The notes: generated from the letters alone by a model not told the origin. Numbered from the stretch's first letter, positions 7,940-17,401 are shown. The stretch is DNA of 27,105 bases from Gemmatimonadota bacterium (GCA_039586365.1 JBDHKN010000066.1:1-27105), one strand, 5' to 3'. Translations and numbers: made by a program.

Positions 7940-8608
7940 CTAGCTCTGTTCGCCGTTGCGGTTGGCTTGCAGGAAGGCCGCGGATGCTAGCAGTTTGCCG
8001 CCGCTGAAGATACGCTGATACCGGTAGATTTCCCGCGCAGCAGAAAACTCCGCCTGCGTGAGCAGCTGCAGCAGCTCTGCCGCTGTGTAATATCGGACGT
8101 GTCCCGGATTGGTGAGTCTGAAGTAGTAGTCCCACAAAGAAAACAGGCCGGCGAAGCTCTTCCTGTCCGGCTCGAGTAGGTAGACGTGCCCGCCGGGCCG
8201 CAGCACCCTGCGCATTTCCCGCAGAGTCGCCAGGGGATCCGCGTAGCGGTGGAATGCGAAGCTGGCAATGACAGTGTCGAACGCACCTTCGGGGAAGGGT
8301 AGGATTCCACCGTCCCAGATCCTGAATTCCAACTGGCCTTCCACACCACGCAGACGTCCCGCCAGTTCCGTCATCTGGCCGGAAATGTCGACGCCGCAGA
8401 CATAGCCTCTTCCCATCCGACGCCAAGCTTCTTCTGCCGCCCAGCCGTCCCCGCACTCGACGCTCAGTACGCGATTCCATGCCTTGAGGGGAACCTGATC
8501 GAGAAATAGACTGTGCACCTCACGCATGAAGCGAGAGATCCGATGATTCTCATCGCGGGGCCGCCGGTCGTGGCGGGTCAATACATCCTGTGTCAGTTGT
8601 CGGGACAT
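7940..8608 (-). CDS. Class I SAM-dependent methyltransferase (UbiE/Methyltransf_11-like)
   Basis: RVLSVECGDG, GVDIS, LPFPEGAFDTV, EMRRVLRPGG. Start at ATG 8608 (alternatively 8527); the ORF-track start at 8734 lies over the candidate promoter. Confidence 0.88.
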   Translation of the reverse strand: MSRQLTQDVLTRHDRRPRDENHRISRFMREVHSLFLDQVPLKAWNRVLSVECGDGWAAEEAWRRMGRGYVCGVDISGQMTELAGRLRGVEGQLEFRIWDGGILPFPEGAFDTVIASFAFHRYADPLATLREMRRVLRPGGHVYLLEPDRKSFAGLFSLWDYYFRLTNPGHVRYYTAAELLQLLTQAEFSAAREIYRYQRIFSGGKLLASAAFLQANRNGEQS

Positions 8609-8716
8609 GATCGCTCGGCGCAGTTCACTTTCCTTGGGGTACTTGTTCGCTACGGATGCATGACGGCCACCGAGTTCAATCGGATCAGCGCTCCAGCGGC
8701 CGTCGGGTGCCCAGGG

Positions 8717-8732
8717 CGCAACGGGCGTTCCC
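8717..8732 (-). promoter_or_regulatory. Sigma54 -24/-12 promoter candidate (GGGAACGCCCGTTGCG)
   Basis: GG-N10-GC with ACG and TTGC conserved, about 110 nt upstream of the methyltransferase ATG. Confidence 0.6.
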
Positions 8733-8827
8733 AAGCCACGAGCTACCGTCCTCCACAGCTAACTGCTTTCTTATCTTCAACTTACAGTCTAGAGAACCCA
8801 CTGAGCTGAATCACGAACCTGCCTCGA

Positions 8828-8845
8828 TGCTGCATCAACTCAACA
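8828..8845. promoter_or_regulatory. Candidate enhancer palindrome TGCTGC-ATCAAC-TCAACA
   Basis: Same motif family as 7829 and 21032; 96 bp from the 8717-8732 element, with an AT-rich spacer at 8760-8785. Confidence 0.55.
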
Positions 8846-9151
8846 CTGTGGCCGCTGAAATGACTCAGCTGCAGGCAAGGTCAGACAGCGATGAGACACC
8901 TTGACCCGCTAGGCGGGTTGCCAAGACGCTGTTCGCCGCGGGTCAGATCGAAGACCTCGGCGGCGAATCGGGTACGGAGATGGGTCGGGCGCTCCCCCCT
9001 GAATACCTAACACGGTTAACGAAATCCACACGTCGGAACATCCCCATGGTCGCACCCAATGTGCACCGATGCTGTTTAGACGGCTGGAGTTTCAATCCGA
9101 CAGACCCCCGAATCGCCGTATCAGGGCCGCATCGACGGCGCGCGTGACGAG

Positions 9152-9167
9152 TGGCTTGAGAGTTGCA
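9152..9167 (+). promoter_or_regulatory. Sigma54 -24/-12 promoter candidate (TGGCTTGAGAGTTGCA)
   Basis: TGGC..G-N4-TTGCA with correct spacing, 250 nt upstream of the giant lipoprotein gene. Confidence 0.65.
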
Positions 9168-9416
9168 AGATGGTCGGTGCAGTCCAGAAGGTTGAGCCCT
9201 CCACAATGTAGCAAGTTGTTGCTGCGCTGGGACATACAGAGGCCTTCAACCCAACGCATTCTATAGGAAGAGTAATAACGCTGATGGCAAAGCAATGGTA
9301 GCAGCACCTGTCGCAAACACCCCACACCGGGACCCAGAAACAGTGCATTGTGTGACCCAGCTTGTGCGGACTGCTGCTCGTATTAGTTGCCCTAAGCCGA
9401 ACAGAGGATAGAGGAA

Positions 9417-12400
9417 ATGAGAGATCCCAGTGTCGTCCGTGCAGGCTTGCGATCCCGCTCGAGGCTCTTGAAGAGGACGGTCGTGCGAGCCTTGGTACCT
9501 CTGCTCACAATGGCGATTGCGTGGAATTGCGGATCCGATCAGGTGGGTCCAGTAGTCACGGCCACGGTCGTGGTTACGCCAGCGCAAGCGTCGGCAGCCT
9601 CGCTGGGCGAGATCATATCCTTCTCCGCTGTGGCGCGGGACGGAACAGGAGCAGCGATCGCGGGAGCCGCGTTTACCTGGTCGAGTTCCAACACTACCGT
9701 AGCCACAGTCGACGGTAACGGCGCGGCCACGGTTGTGGGTAACGGAACCACGCAGATTACCGCGACATCGGCGGGCGTGACCGGTAGCGCCACTTTGACC
9801 GTTGCCCAGGCAGTGGCTTCTATGGAGGTGACGCCGTCTACTGCCACGCTGACCGCGATCAGCGAGCGGCGGCAGTTCAGCGCCCAGGCGTTGGATGCCA
9901 ACGGTAATCCGTTGACGACCCAACCGGCGTTCGTGTGGACTGAGAGTAGCGCAGGGGCCGTGGCGACGATCAACGCCGGCGGATTGGCAACAGCGATAGC
10001 TGACGGCACCACTCAGGTTACCGCCTCTGCGGCCGGCGTCAGCGCCAGCGGCGATCTGACTGTCGCCCAGGCCATCAGTTCGATCACCGTTACGCCGGCG
10101 GCAGCGGTGCTGGGTTCCATCGGGGACACGCAACAATTCAGCGCTGAAGCACGGGACGCCATGGATTATCCGCTGGGGAATCAACCCAGTTTCATCTGGA
10201 CCAGTGCCAACCAAGCGGTGGCAACCGTCAACTCCAGCACCGGGTTGGCTGTTGCCGTGGCTGTGGGCACAACGGACATCTCAGCCGCCGCCGGCGGCGT
10301 GACTGGTAGTGCCGACTTATCCGTCGCTCCGACATTAAGCACGATCGTGGTCACTCCAGCGACAGCCAACCTGGACGCAATTGGCTCGCAGCAGCAGTTC
10401 ACTGCCGAAGCACGCGACGGCAACGGCAATCCACTGCCGGTGCAGCCCACGTTCGTATGGACGGAGAGCAGCGCGGGGGGCGTCGCGACAATTGACGCCA
10501 ACGGCCTGACCACCGCCACGGGCAACGGCACCACCCAGGTTACCGCCACATGGGGTGGGACCTCCGGTAGCGCCAGCTTGACCGTAGCGCAGGTGGCGAG
10601 TTCGATCTTGGTGACTCCGGCGACCGCTACACTGACGTCAATCGGCTCCACCCAGCAGTTCACCGCGGTGGTGCGGGATGCCAACGACCATGCACTCGCC
10701 ACCCAACCCAGCTTGACTTGGGCGAGCACCAACCAGACAGTGGCCACGGTCCACCTCATCAGCGGGCTAGCTACTTCCCACGCTCTGGGCACGGCTCAGA
10801 TTACAGCCACCGCAGCCGGCCTCGTGGGACACGCTGACCTGACCGTTACCCAGACCATCGGCTCCATCGTGGTGACTCCGGCGGCAGCGTCGCTGACCGC
10901 TCTGGGAGCGACGCAGCAGTTCACGGCTGTTGCCCTGGACGGCGTTGGAACACCGCTGGCGGTACAGCCCAGCTTCACCTGGGGGAGCAGCAACGAGACG
11001 GTCGCCACAGTCGATCCTAGCACCGGCCTAGCGACAGCCGTGGCCCTTGGTAGCACCCAGATTACCGCCAGTGCGGGTGGCGCCACGGGCAATGCGAATT
11101 TGTCGGTCACGCAGCCCATAGGCTCGGTTGTCGTGACTCCCGCCGCGGCGACCCTGGACGCGATCGGGGCACAACAGCAGTTCAGCGCCGTGGCGCTGGA
11201 CGGAATCGGCACACCACTGTCGATCCAACCCAACTTCACCTGGGCCAGTACGGACGACGCGATCGCGACCGTCGACGTCATTACGGGGCTGGCCACAGCT
11301 GTTGCCGACGGCAGCGTCCAGATCACGGCCTCTGCCGGTGGTGTCACTGGCAGTGCCGATCTGACCGTGGCTCAGGCCATTGGTTCCATCGTCGTCACGC
11401 CGGCTGTGGCCACGGTAGACGCAATTGGCGCGACTCAGCAGTTCACTGCCGAGGCGCGGGACTTAAACGGCAACCCACTGGCGACCCAGCCGACGTTCAC
11501 GTGGGGCAGTGCCAACCATCCTGTCGCCACCGTTAGTCTGACGACCGGGCTAGCAACAGCTCAGGGTGTCGGGATCGCCGAGATCTCGGCCAGCGCGGGC
11601 GGTGTGATCGGCACCGCGGAATTGACCGTCACTCAGGCGGTGTCCTCAATCGTGGTGACTCCAGCCACCGCCACGCTGGACGCGATCGATGACACGCAAC
11701 AGTTCAGCGCCGAGGCGCGGGACGCCAACGATAACCCGCTGTTAACGCAGCCCGCGTTCGTATGGGCGGAGACTAGCTCGGGGGCCGTGGCAACGGTCGC
11801 TGGAAACGGTCTGGCTACAGCCACCGGCAACGGTACGACCCAGGTCACCGCCAGCGCCGGTGGTGCCACGGGCAGCGCCGATCTGACAGTCAGCCAGGTC
11901 ATGAGCATGATCGGGGTCGACCCGCCGGCTGTAACTCTCACCGCAGTGGGCGTCACCCAACAGTTCAACGCCGAGGCGCAGGACGCCAACGGCAATCCGA
12001 TGCCGACCCAACCCAGCTTCACCTGGGCAAGCAGCGACCAGACCGTGGCCACCGTCGACGTGACTACTGGGCTGGCAACTTCCCAGGCGATGGGTACGAC
12101 CCAGATCACCGCGACTGCCAGTGGATTCACGGGCGTTGCAGGTCTGACCGTCACTCAGGCCATCAGCTCGATTGTGGTGACCCCTGCCACGGCCACTCTG
12201 GAAGCGATCGGGGCCGAGCAGCAGTTCGCCGCCGAGGCGCGGGATGCTGCGGGCACGCCACTGGCGATTCAGCCGATGTTTACCTGGGGTAGTGGTGACG
12301 ACGCTGTCGCCACGGTCGTTGTTACGACCGGGTTGGCAACCGCGCAAGGTAACGGAGCCACTCAGATTTCCGCCTCAGCCGGGGGAGTCACGGGCAGCGC

Positions 12401-15400
12401 CGATTTGACCGTCGCTCAGACGGCGACTTCGGTCGTGGTGACACCTGACCCGGCTACCATGAGTGCAATTGGTGCCACGCTGCAGTTCAGCGCCGAGGCG
12501 CAGGACGCCAACGGCAACCCGCTGGCTACTCAGCCCACCTTCGCTTGGACCGAGAATAGCAGTGGGGCAGTGGCAACCATAGACGGGGCATCCGGCCTGG
12601 CCACGGCTGTGGCCAACGGCACGACGCAAGTCACAGCCACCGGTGGCGGGGTTTCAGGCAATGCTTCCCTGACCGTTGCTCAGGCGATCAATGCGGTCGT
12701 CGTGACCCCGGGTACTGTCACGGTAACTGCGATCGGGGCCACGCAGCAGTTCACCGCCGAAGCGCAGGACATCAATGGCAACCCGCTGGCTACTCAGCCC
12801 ACGTTCGCTTGGACCGAGAACAGCAGTGGGGCAGTGGCAACCATAGATGGGGCCACCGGCCTGGCCACGGCTGTGGCCAACGGTACGACCCAAGTCACGG
12901 CCACCGGCGGGGGCGTCTCGGGCAATGCCTCTCTGACCGTAGCTCAGACGATCAACGCGGTCGTCGTGACTCCGGATACCGTTACGCTGACTGCGTTCGG
13001 TGCCACCCAGCAATTCACCGCGGAGGCGCAGGACATCAACGGCAACCCGCTGGCTACTCAGCCCACGTTCGCGTGGACCGAGAATAGCAGTGGAGCGGTG
13101 GCAACCATAGATGGGGCGACCGGCCTGGCCACGGCTGTAGCCAACGGTACGGCCCAGGTCACAGCCACTGGTGGCGGGGTCTCCGGCAACGGCGACCTGA
13201 CCGTCGCTCAGACGACCGATTCGATCGCCGTGACACCTGCGACGGCCACGCTGGACGCAATCGGGGCTACGCAACTGTTCAGCGCCGAGGCGTTTGATGC
13301 CAACGGCAATCTGTTGGTGGTGCAGCCGGCGAGCTTTGACTGGACCAGCAGCGACGAAGCTGTAGCCACCGTGGATCCGGCGGCGGGTGCGACCACCACT
13401 GCCACTGCGACTGGCAACGGCCCGACCCAAATCGAGGCCACCGTGGACGGAGTGACTGGCAGCGCGACACTCACGGTCACCCAGGTCATCGACCAGATCG
13501 TGGTGACGTTCAACCCGGTCAGCCCACTCGGCTTCATCGGGGCCACAACCACGGCGAGTGCTGAGGCGCGGGACGCCAACGGCAACCCGCTGGTGGCCCA
13601 GCCGGCCAGCTTTGACTGGGTCAGCACCGACGAGGCCGTGGTCACCGTGGATCCGGCTGCGGGTGCGACCACCACGGCTACGGCGGTTAGCACTGGAAGC
13701 AGCGACATCACGGCGACGGCCGACGGAGTGACTGGTAGCGCGCCACTGACGGTCGCCCAGACAATTGACAACATTTTGGTGACATTCAACCCGGCCAGTC
13801 CGCTCGACGCGGTCGGTGCCACTACAACGGTGAGTGCCGTGGCACGGGACGCCAGCAACACTCCATTGGTGCCCCAGCCGGCCAGCTTTGACTGGGCGAG
13901 CACCGACGAAGCTGTAGCCACCGTGGATCCGGCAGCCGGTGCGACCACTACAGCCACCGCCGTCAGTAGCGGCACGACGCAGATCGAGGCGACTGCGGGT
14001 GGAGTTACTGGCAGCGCATCGCTCACGGTCACCCAGACCGTAGACCAGATCTTGGTGACACTCAACCCGGTTGGCCCGTTCGACGCATTCGGGGCCACGA
14101 CCGTGGCGAGTGCCGAGGCACGGGATGGCAACGGCAATCCGCTGGTGCCCCAGCCGACGAGCTTCGATTGGGCCAGTACTGATGTGTTAGTGGCGACTGT
14201 GGCTCCGGCTGCAGGCGCGACCACCACAGCGACGACCGTGGGCAACGGCACCGCGCAGATCCAAGCTACCTCGGGCGGCGTGACCGGCAGCGCGGACCTG
14301 ACCGTGGCTCAGGTGGCTACATCGGTCGCGATCACTCCGACCGCGGCCACCCTCACTGCGGCCGGCAACACTCAGCAGTTCACTGCTGAGACCCGGGACG
14401 CCAACGACAGCGCCCTCACGACTCAGCCAACGTTCACTTGGACGGAGAATAGTGCGGGAACCGTCGCGACAATCAACGCGTCCACCGGTTTGGCTACGGC
14501 CGTGGCCGAAGGCACGACCACGATCACCGCCACCGCCAGCAGTCCCGCCGGGCTTACCGGCACTGCCACGCTCAACGTGTCGGCGGTCACGATCGTGGTG
14601 ACCCCGGCGCTCGACACACTGGATAGGTTCGAGCACGAGGTGTGGTTTAGCGCCGAGGCGAGTGACGCTTACGGTCCGCTGGACCCCCAGCCCGCGTTCA
14701 CGTGGACGGTGACCAGCGGTGGGACCATCGTTAACATCACCGAGATTGACGCCGTTACCCCCGGAGCCAAGGTCATGGCCATGGCCAACGGCACGGATTC
14801 CATCATAGCCTCAGCGCTTGGGGTTGCCGACACCGCGGAGGCGGTCGTCCAACAGAGGACCTTCGTGGTAGAAGTGACACCCGCCTCGGCCAACTTGAAC
14901 ATTGGCGAAACGCAGTCGTTCAGCGCCGTCGCGAAGGACGAAAACGGCTACGATCTGGTGACCCAGCCCACGGTCTTCGCCTGGGCCAGCACCGATGTGG
15001 CGATCGCGACTGTTGCTCCGGACACTGCTCTTACAACAATTGCGACCGCCGTGGCCAACGGCACAGTCGCCGTGACGGCCACCGACACCGCGGCTGGAGT
15101 CACGGGCAGCGCCACCGTCAGGGTTGGTCCCACAACCGGTGTTTTCTGGCTGGGCGGCGACGGGAGCTGGAACGACGCGGGTAACTGGAGTTCCGGCACC
15201 GTTCCAACCTCAGCGGATGACGTTGTGATCGATGTAGGTGGGAACTACACGGTCTATCTGGTGTCGGCCGGCTCCGCCAACAGCGTTACCCTCGGAGCCA
15301 CGACCGGCACGCAGAGCCTGGAGGTGTGGAACCAGAATCTGACAGTGGCTGGGACTCTCACCATAGGAGCGAACGGGGTGCTCTCCACACGCTTCGGCAC

Positions 15401-16364
15401 GGTTACCGCTACGCTCGACAATCAGGGCCTGTGGGAGATGTACGATGATGGATCCGTCCTCGGAGGCACGGGGCGCGCTCATGTCAACAGTGGCACTATT
15501 AACGCGACCTTCGGTGACCTCACGATCAACCTGGACGGTTCCACCTTTTCCAATGAAGGCCCGTTCATAGCTACCGCGCCGGTCACGATCAACCAGACCG
15601 GCACCGGCCCGAGCTTCACACTTGCGGGATCCTCGGACCTCACCATCGGCACTGGCCAGACCCTCACAGTGAACGGTGGCACGTTCAACAACAATGGGGG
15701 AACGATCGACGGTGCACTTGGATATGGCACCTTGGCGCTGGTTGGGGCGACCGGGAATCTCAATACGGGTATCCAGACCAGCAACGTGCAGCTGGACCTC
15801 ACCAACGCCATCCTGAACGGTCCGGCTACGCTCCAAACCGACCACACCGACCTACGGACGTATGTGGACAACTCGACCATCAACGCATCGATCAGTAACT
15901 ACGAGACCATATACGTCAGCAACAACACGTTCTTCGCCGGAGCCACGACGGTCAACAGCGGTACAGGTCACATATATGGTACCGGCACGCTGGACATCAC
16001 CGGTACCACCTTCACCAACCAGGGCCGCATCGATCCAGCAGGCTACAATGGTGGCGACCCGGATCCGAGCACGCTCACGATCTCCGGCAACCTGGTGCAG
16101 TCGTCTTCGGCGGAGATCTACATTGACATCAAGGACGCGGGCGTCTTCGACGTGCTAGCCGTCACCGGTTCCGCGACTTTGAACGGGACCCTCGATGCCC
16201 ATCAGTTTGCAGGATCCACGTTTGAACCCACGTCGGGTCAAGAGTTCGTGGTAATGACTTTTGCATCCAGCTCAGGTAGCTTCGTTAACACTACGGTGCA
16301 AGTAGGTGGTGCAACTCTGGATATCGTGTACACCTCCACTAGCGTGAAGTTGGTTGCTCAGTAG
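9417..16364 (+). CDS. Giant surface lipoprotein/adhesin: 21 Big_2 (bacterial Ig-like group 2) repeats plus a C-terminal beta-helix-like domain
   Basis: Basic N-region, hydrophobic segment and AWNC38 lipobox-like site; repeats VTP..G.TQQF.A.A.D.NG.P...F.W.S....VAT.D..GLATA..G.T.I.A...G..G.A.LTV; C-terminal WLGGDGSWNDAGNWS..P...DDV motif; GAGGA RBS. Confidence 0.93.
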   Translation: MRDPSVVRAGLRSRSRLLKRTVVRALVPLLTMAIAWNCGSDQVGPVVTATVVVTPAQASAASLGEIISFSAVARDGTGAAIAGAAFTWSSSNTTVATVDGNGAATVVGNGTTQITATSAGVTGSATLTVAQAVASMEVTPSTATLTAISERRQFSAQALDANGNPLTTQPAFVWTESSAGAVATINAGGLATAIADGTTQVTASAAGVSASGDLTVAQAISSITVTPAAAVLGSIGDTQQFSAEARDAMDYPLGNQPSFIWTSANQAVATVNSSTGLAVAVAVGTTDISAAAGGVTGSADLSVAPTLSTIVVTPATANLDAIGSQQQFTAEARDGNGNPLPVQPTFVWTESSAGGVATIDANGLTTATGNGTTQVTATWGGTSGSASLTVAQVASSILVTPATATLTSIGSTQQFTAVVRDANDHALATQPSLTWASTNQTVATVHLISGLATSHALGTAQITATAAGLVGHADLTVTQTIGSIVVTPAAASLTALGATQQFTAVALDGVGTPLAVQPSFTWGSSNETVATVDPSTGLATAVALGSTQITASAGGATGNANLSVTQPIGSVVVTPAAATLDAIGAQQQFSAVALDGIGTPLSIQPNFTWASTDDAIATVDVITGLATAVADGSVQITASAGGVTGSADLTVAQAIGSIVVTPAVATVDAIGATQQFTAEARDLNGNPLATQPTFTWGSANHPVATVSLTTGLATAQGVGIAEISASAGGVIGTAELTVTQAVSSIVVTPATATLDAIDDTQQFSAEARDANDNPLLTQPAFVWAETSSGAVATVAGNGLATATGNGTTQVTASAGGATGSADLTVSQVMSMIGVDPPAVTLTAVGVTQQFNAEAQDANGNPMPTQPSFTWASSDQTVATVDVTTGLATSQAMGTTQITATASGFTGVAGLTVTQAISSIVVTPATATLEAIGAEQQFAAEARDAAGTPLAIQPMFTWGSGDDAVATVVVTTGLATAQGNGATQISASAGGVTGSADLTVAQTATSVVVTPDPATMSAIGATLQFSAEAQDANGNPLATQPTFAWTENSSGAVATIDGASGLATAVANGTTQVTATGGGVSGNASLTVAQAINAVVVTPGTVTVTAIGATQQFTAEAQDINGNPLATQPTFAWTENSSGAVATIDGATGLATAVANGTTQVTATGGGVSGNASLTVAQTINAVVVTPDTVTLTAFGATQQFTAEAQDINGNPLATQPTFAWTENSSGAVATIDGATGLATAVANGTAQVTATGGGVSGNGDLTVAQTTDSIAVTPATATLDAIGATQLFSAEAFDANGNLLVVQPASFDWTSSDEAVATVDPAAGATTTATATGNGPTQIEATVDGVTGSATLTVTQVIDQIVVTFNPVSPLGFIGATTTASAEARDANGNPLVAQPASFDWVSTDEAVVTVDPAAGATTTATAVSTGSSDITATADGVTGSAPLTVAQTIDNILVTFNPASPLDAVGATTTVSAVARDASNTPLVPQPASFDWASTDEAVATVDPAAGATTTATAVSSGTTQIEATAGGVTGSASLTVTQTVDQILVTLNPVGPFDAFGATTVASAEARDGNGNPLVPQPTSFDWASTDVLVATVAPAAGATTTATTVGNGTAQIQATSGGVTGSADLTVAQVATSVAITPTAATLTAAGNTQQFTAETRDANDSALTTQPTFTWTENSAGTVATINASTGLATAVAEGTTTITATASSPAGLTGTATLNVSAVTIVVTPALDTLDRFEHEVWFSAEASDAYGPLDPQPAFTWTVTSGGTIVNITEIDAVTPGAKVMAMANGTDSIIASALGVADTAEAVVQQRTFVVEVTPASANLNIGETQSFSAVAKDENGYDLVTQPTVFAWASTDVAIATVAPDTALTTIATAVANGTVAVTATDTAAGVTGSATVRVGPTTGVFWLGGDGSWNDAGNWSSGTVPTSADDVVIDVGGNYTVYLVSAGSANSVTLGATTGTQSLEVWNQNLTVAGTLTIGANGVLSTRFGTVTATLDNQGLWEMYDDGSVLGGTGRAHVNSGTINATFGDLTINLDGSTFSNEGPFIATAPVTINQTGTGPSFTLAGSSDLTIGTGQTLTVNGGTFNNNGGTIDGALGYGTLALVGATGNLNTGIQTSNVQLDLTNAILNGPATLQTDHTDLRTYVDNSTINASISNYETIYVSNNTFFAGATTVNSGTGHIYGTGTLDITGTTFTNQGRIDPAGYNGGDPDPSTLTISGNLVQSSSAEIYIDIKDAGVFDVLAVTGSATLNGTLDAHQFAGSTFEPTSGQEFVVMTFASSSGSFVNTTVQVGGATLDIVYTSTSVKLVAQ
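9564..15131 (+). repeat. 21 tandem Big_2 coding repeats (about 85-92 aa each)
   Basis: Manual segmentation of the translation; 264-bp period at 12501/12765/13029 and 276-bp period at 13323/13599/13875/14151. Confidence 0.9.
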
Positions 16365-16407
16365 CCCACCGTGGGAGTTCGCTGGCTGCCCAGCGGTATT
16401 GCATTAG

Positions 16408-16438
16408 ACGGAAGCCCGGGCAAACCCCGGGCTTTCGT
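16408..16438 (+). terminator. Strong hairpin / probable intrinsic terminator after the lipoprotein gene
   Basis: ACGGAAGCCCGGG-CAAAC-CCCGGGCTTTCGT: 13-bp stem with one G-U pair and a short T-rich tail. Confidence 0.65.
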
Positions 16439-16558
16439 TCGGCGGCCGACTCCACCGCGACAAGATGTCGGTGGTACGCCGCCAGGCAGCTGGGGCTCGG
16501 GTGGCAGGAACACGCAAGAGGCCTTTTCATCTCGAGATAGTGGGAGACCAGCGGGCAG

Positions 16559-17401
16559 GTGACGAAGCACTATTTCACTGTCGATGTCGAGGAGTACTTC
16601 CAAGTTTCCGCCTTCGAGCGGTTTGTCTCGCGGGAAGAGTGGCCCCACCAAGAGAGCCGCGTAGAGTCCTGTGTGGACTACCTGCTTGGCGCTCTCGAGC
16701 AGCGCAGTGCCGGCGCAACGTTCTTCGTGCTGGGCTGGATAGCAGAGCGGCATCCGGAACTCGTGCGCCGCATAGCGCAGGCGGGTCACGAGGTCGCCTC
16801 TCACGGCTGGGATCACCGCAAGGTGACAGCACAGACTCCGGAGCAGTTCCGCGAATCGCTGCGGCGCTCCAAGACTTGCCTCGAGGATCTGTCCGGAACG
16901 CCGGTCATGGGGTTTCGAGCACCCAGCTATTCGATAGTGCGAGGTGGAGAGTGGGCGCTGGACATCCTGTTGGCGGAAGGGTATCGCTACGACTCGAGCC
17001 TGTTCCCAGTAAACCGCAACGGCTACGGGTACAAACGCGGCGGTCGCTCCCCGCACTGGATCGAACGTGACGGCGGTAGGATACTGGAGATACCACCTGC
17101 CACACTGAGGCGGTGGGGAATCAACATCCCGGCAGCTGGGGGCGCGTACTTCCGCTTGTTTCCGTATGGACTTGTTCGCGCCGCAATTCAACAGGCTGAA
17201 CGGAACAACACGCCGGCCACCTTCTACATCCACCCCTGGGAACTGGACGACCACCACCCCAGTGTAAAAGTCGCACCACTCACCAGGCTGAGACACTACA
17301 CAGGGATACGGCGTACCCGTACGCGGCTAGATCGCCTGCTCGCAGAGTTCCGGTTCACTTCAATCGCCGCGGACTTTGGTGCCTACGACATCCGAACGTG
17401 A
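16559..17401 (+). CDS. Polysaccharide deacetylase, XrtA/PEP-CTERM-system type (DUF3473-containing)
   Basis: FTVDVEEYFQ, ATFFVLG, HEVASHGWDH, GFRAPSYS, GGAYFR and FYIHPWELD motifs. Confidence 0.92.
   Translation: MTKHYFTVDVEEYFQVSAFERFVSREEWPHQESRVESCVDYLLGALEQRSAGATFFVLGWIAERHPELVRRIAQAGHEVASHGWDHRKVTAQTPEQFRESLRRSKTCLEDLSGTPVMGFRAPSYSIVRGGEWALDILLAEGYRYDSSLFPVNRNGYGYKRGGRSPHWIERDGGRILEIPPATLRRWGINIPAAGGAYFRLFPYGLVRAAIQQAERNNTPATFYIHPWELDDHHPSVKVAPLTRLRHYTGIRRTRTRLDRLLAEFRFTSIAADFGAYDIRT

Noticed and set aside
7647..8480. 278-aa N-terminal extension of the carbamoyltransferase (883-aa ORF), suggesting a fusion or overlapping gene
   Set aside because: It overlaps the methyltransferase in another frame, crosses regulatory DNA and has no protein-like motifs. 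The family N-terminus begins at ATG 7646.
12429..14321. DNA repeats as a CRISPR array or diversity-generating retroelement
   Set aside because: Periods of 264 and 276 bp are in-frame protein domains. There are no spacers, cas genes or reverse transcriptase, and no obvious adenine-only variation.
9261..15883. Many long antisense ORFs over the lipoprotein gene
   Set aside because: Shadow frames of a GC-rich, Thr/Ala/Val-repetitive coding strand, with no independent motifs.
16408..16440. GGGCAAACC as a c-di-GMP-I riboswitch
   Set aside because: It is a single closed hairpin without the GAAA-tetraloop and second GCAAA stem; a terminator explains it better.
16502..16517. TGGCAGGAACACGCAA as a sigma54 promoter for the deacetylase
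   Set aside because: GG-to-GC spacing is N9, one base short of the required N10.
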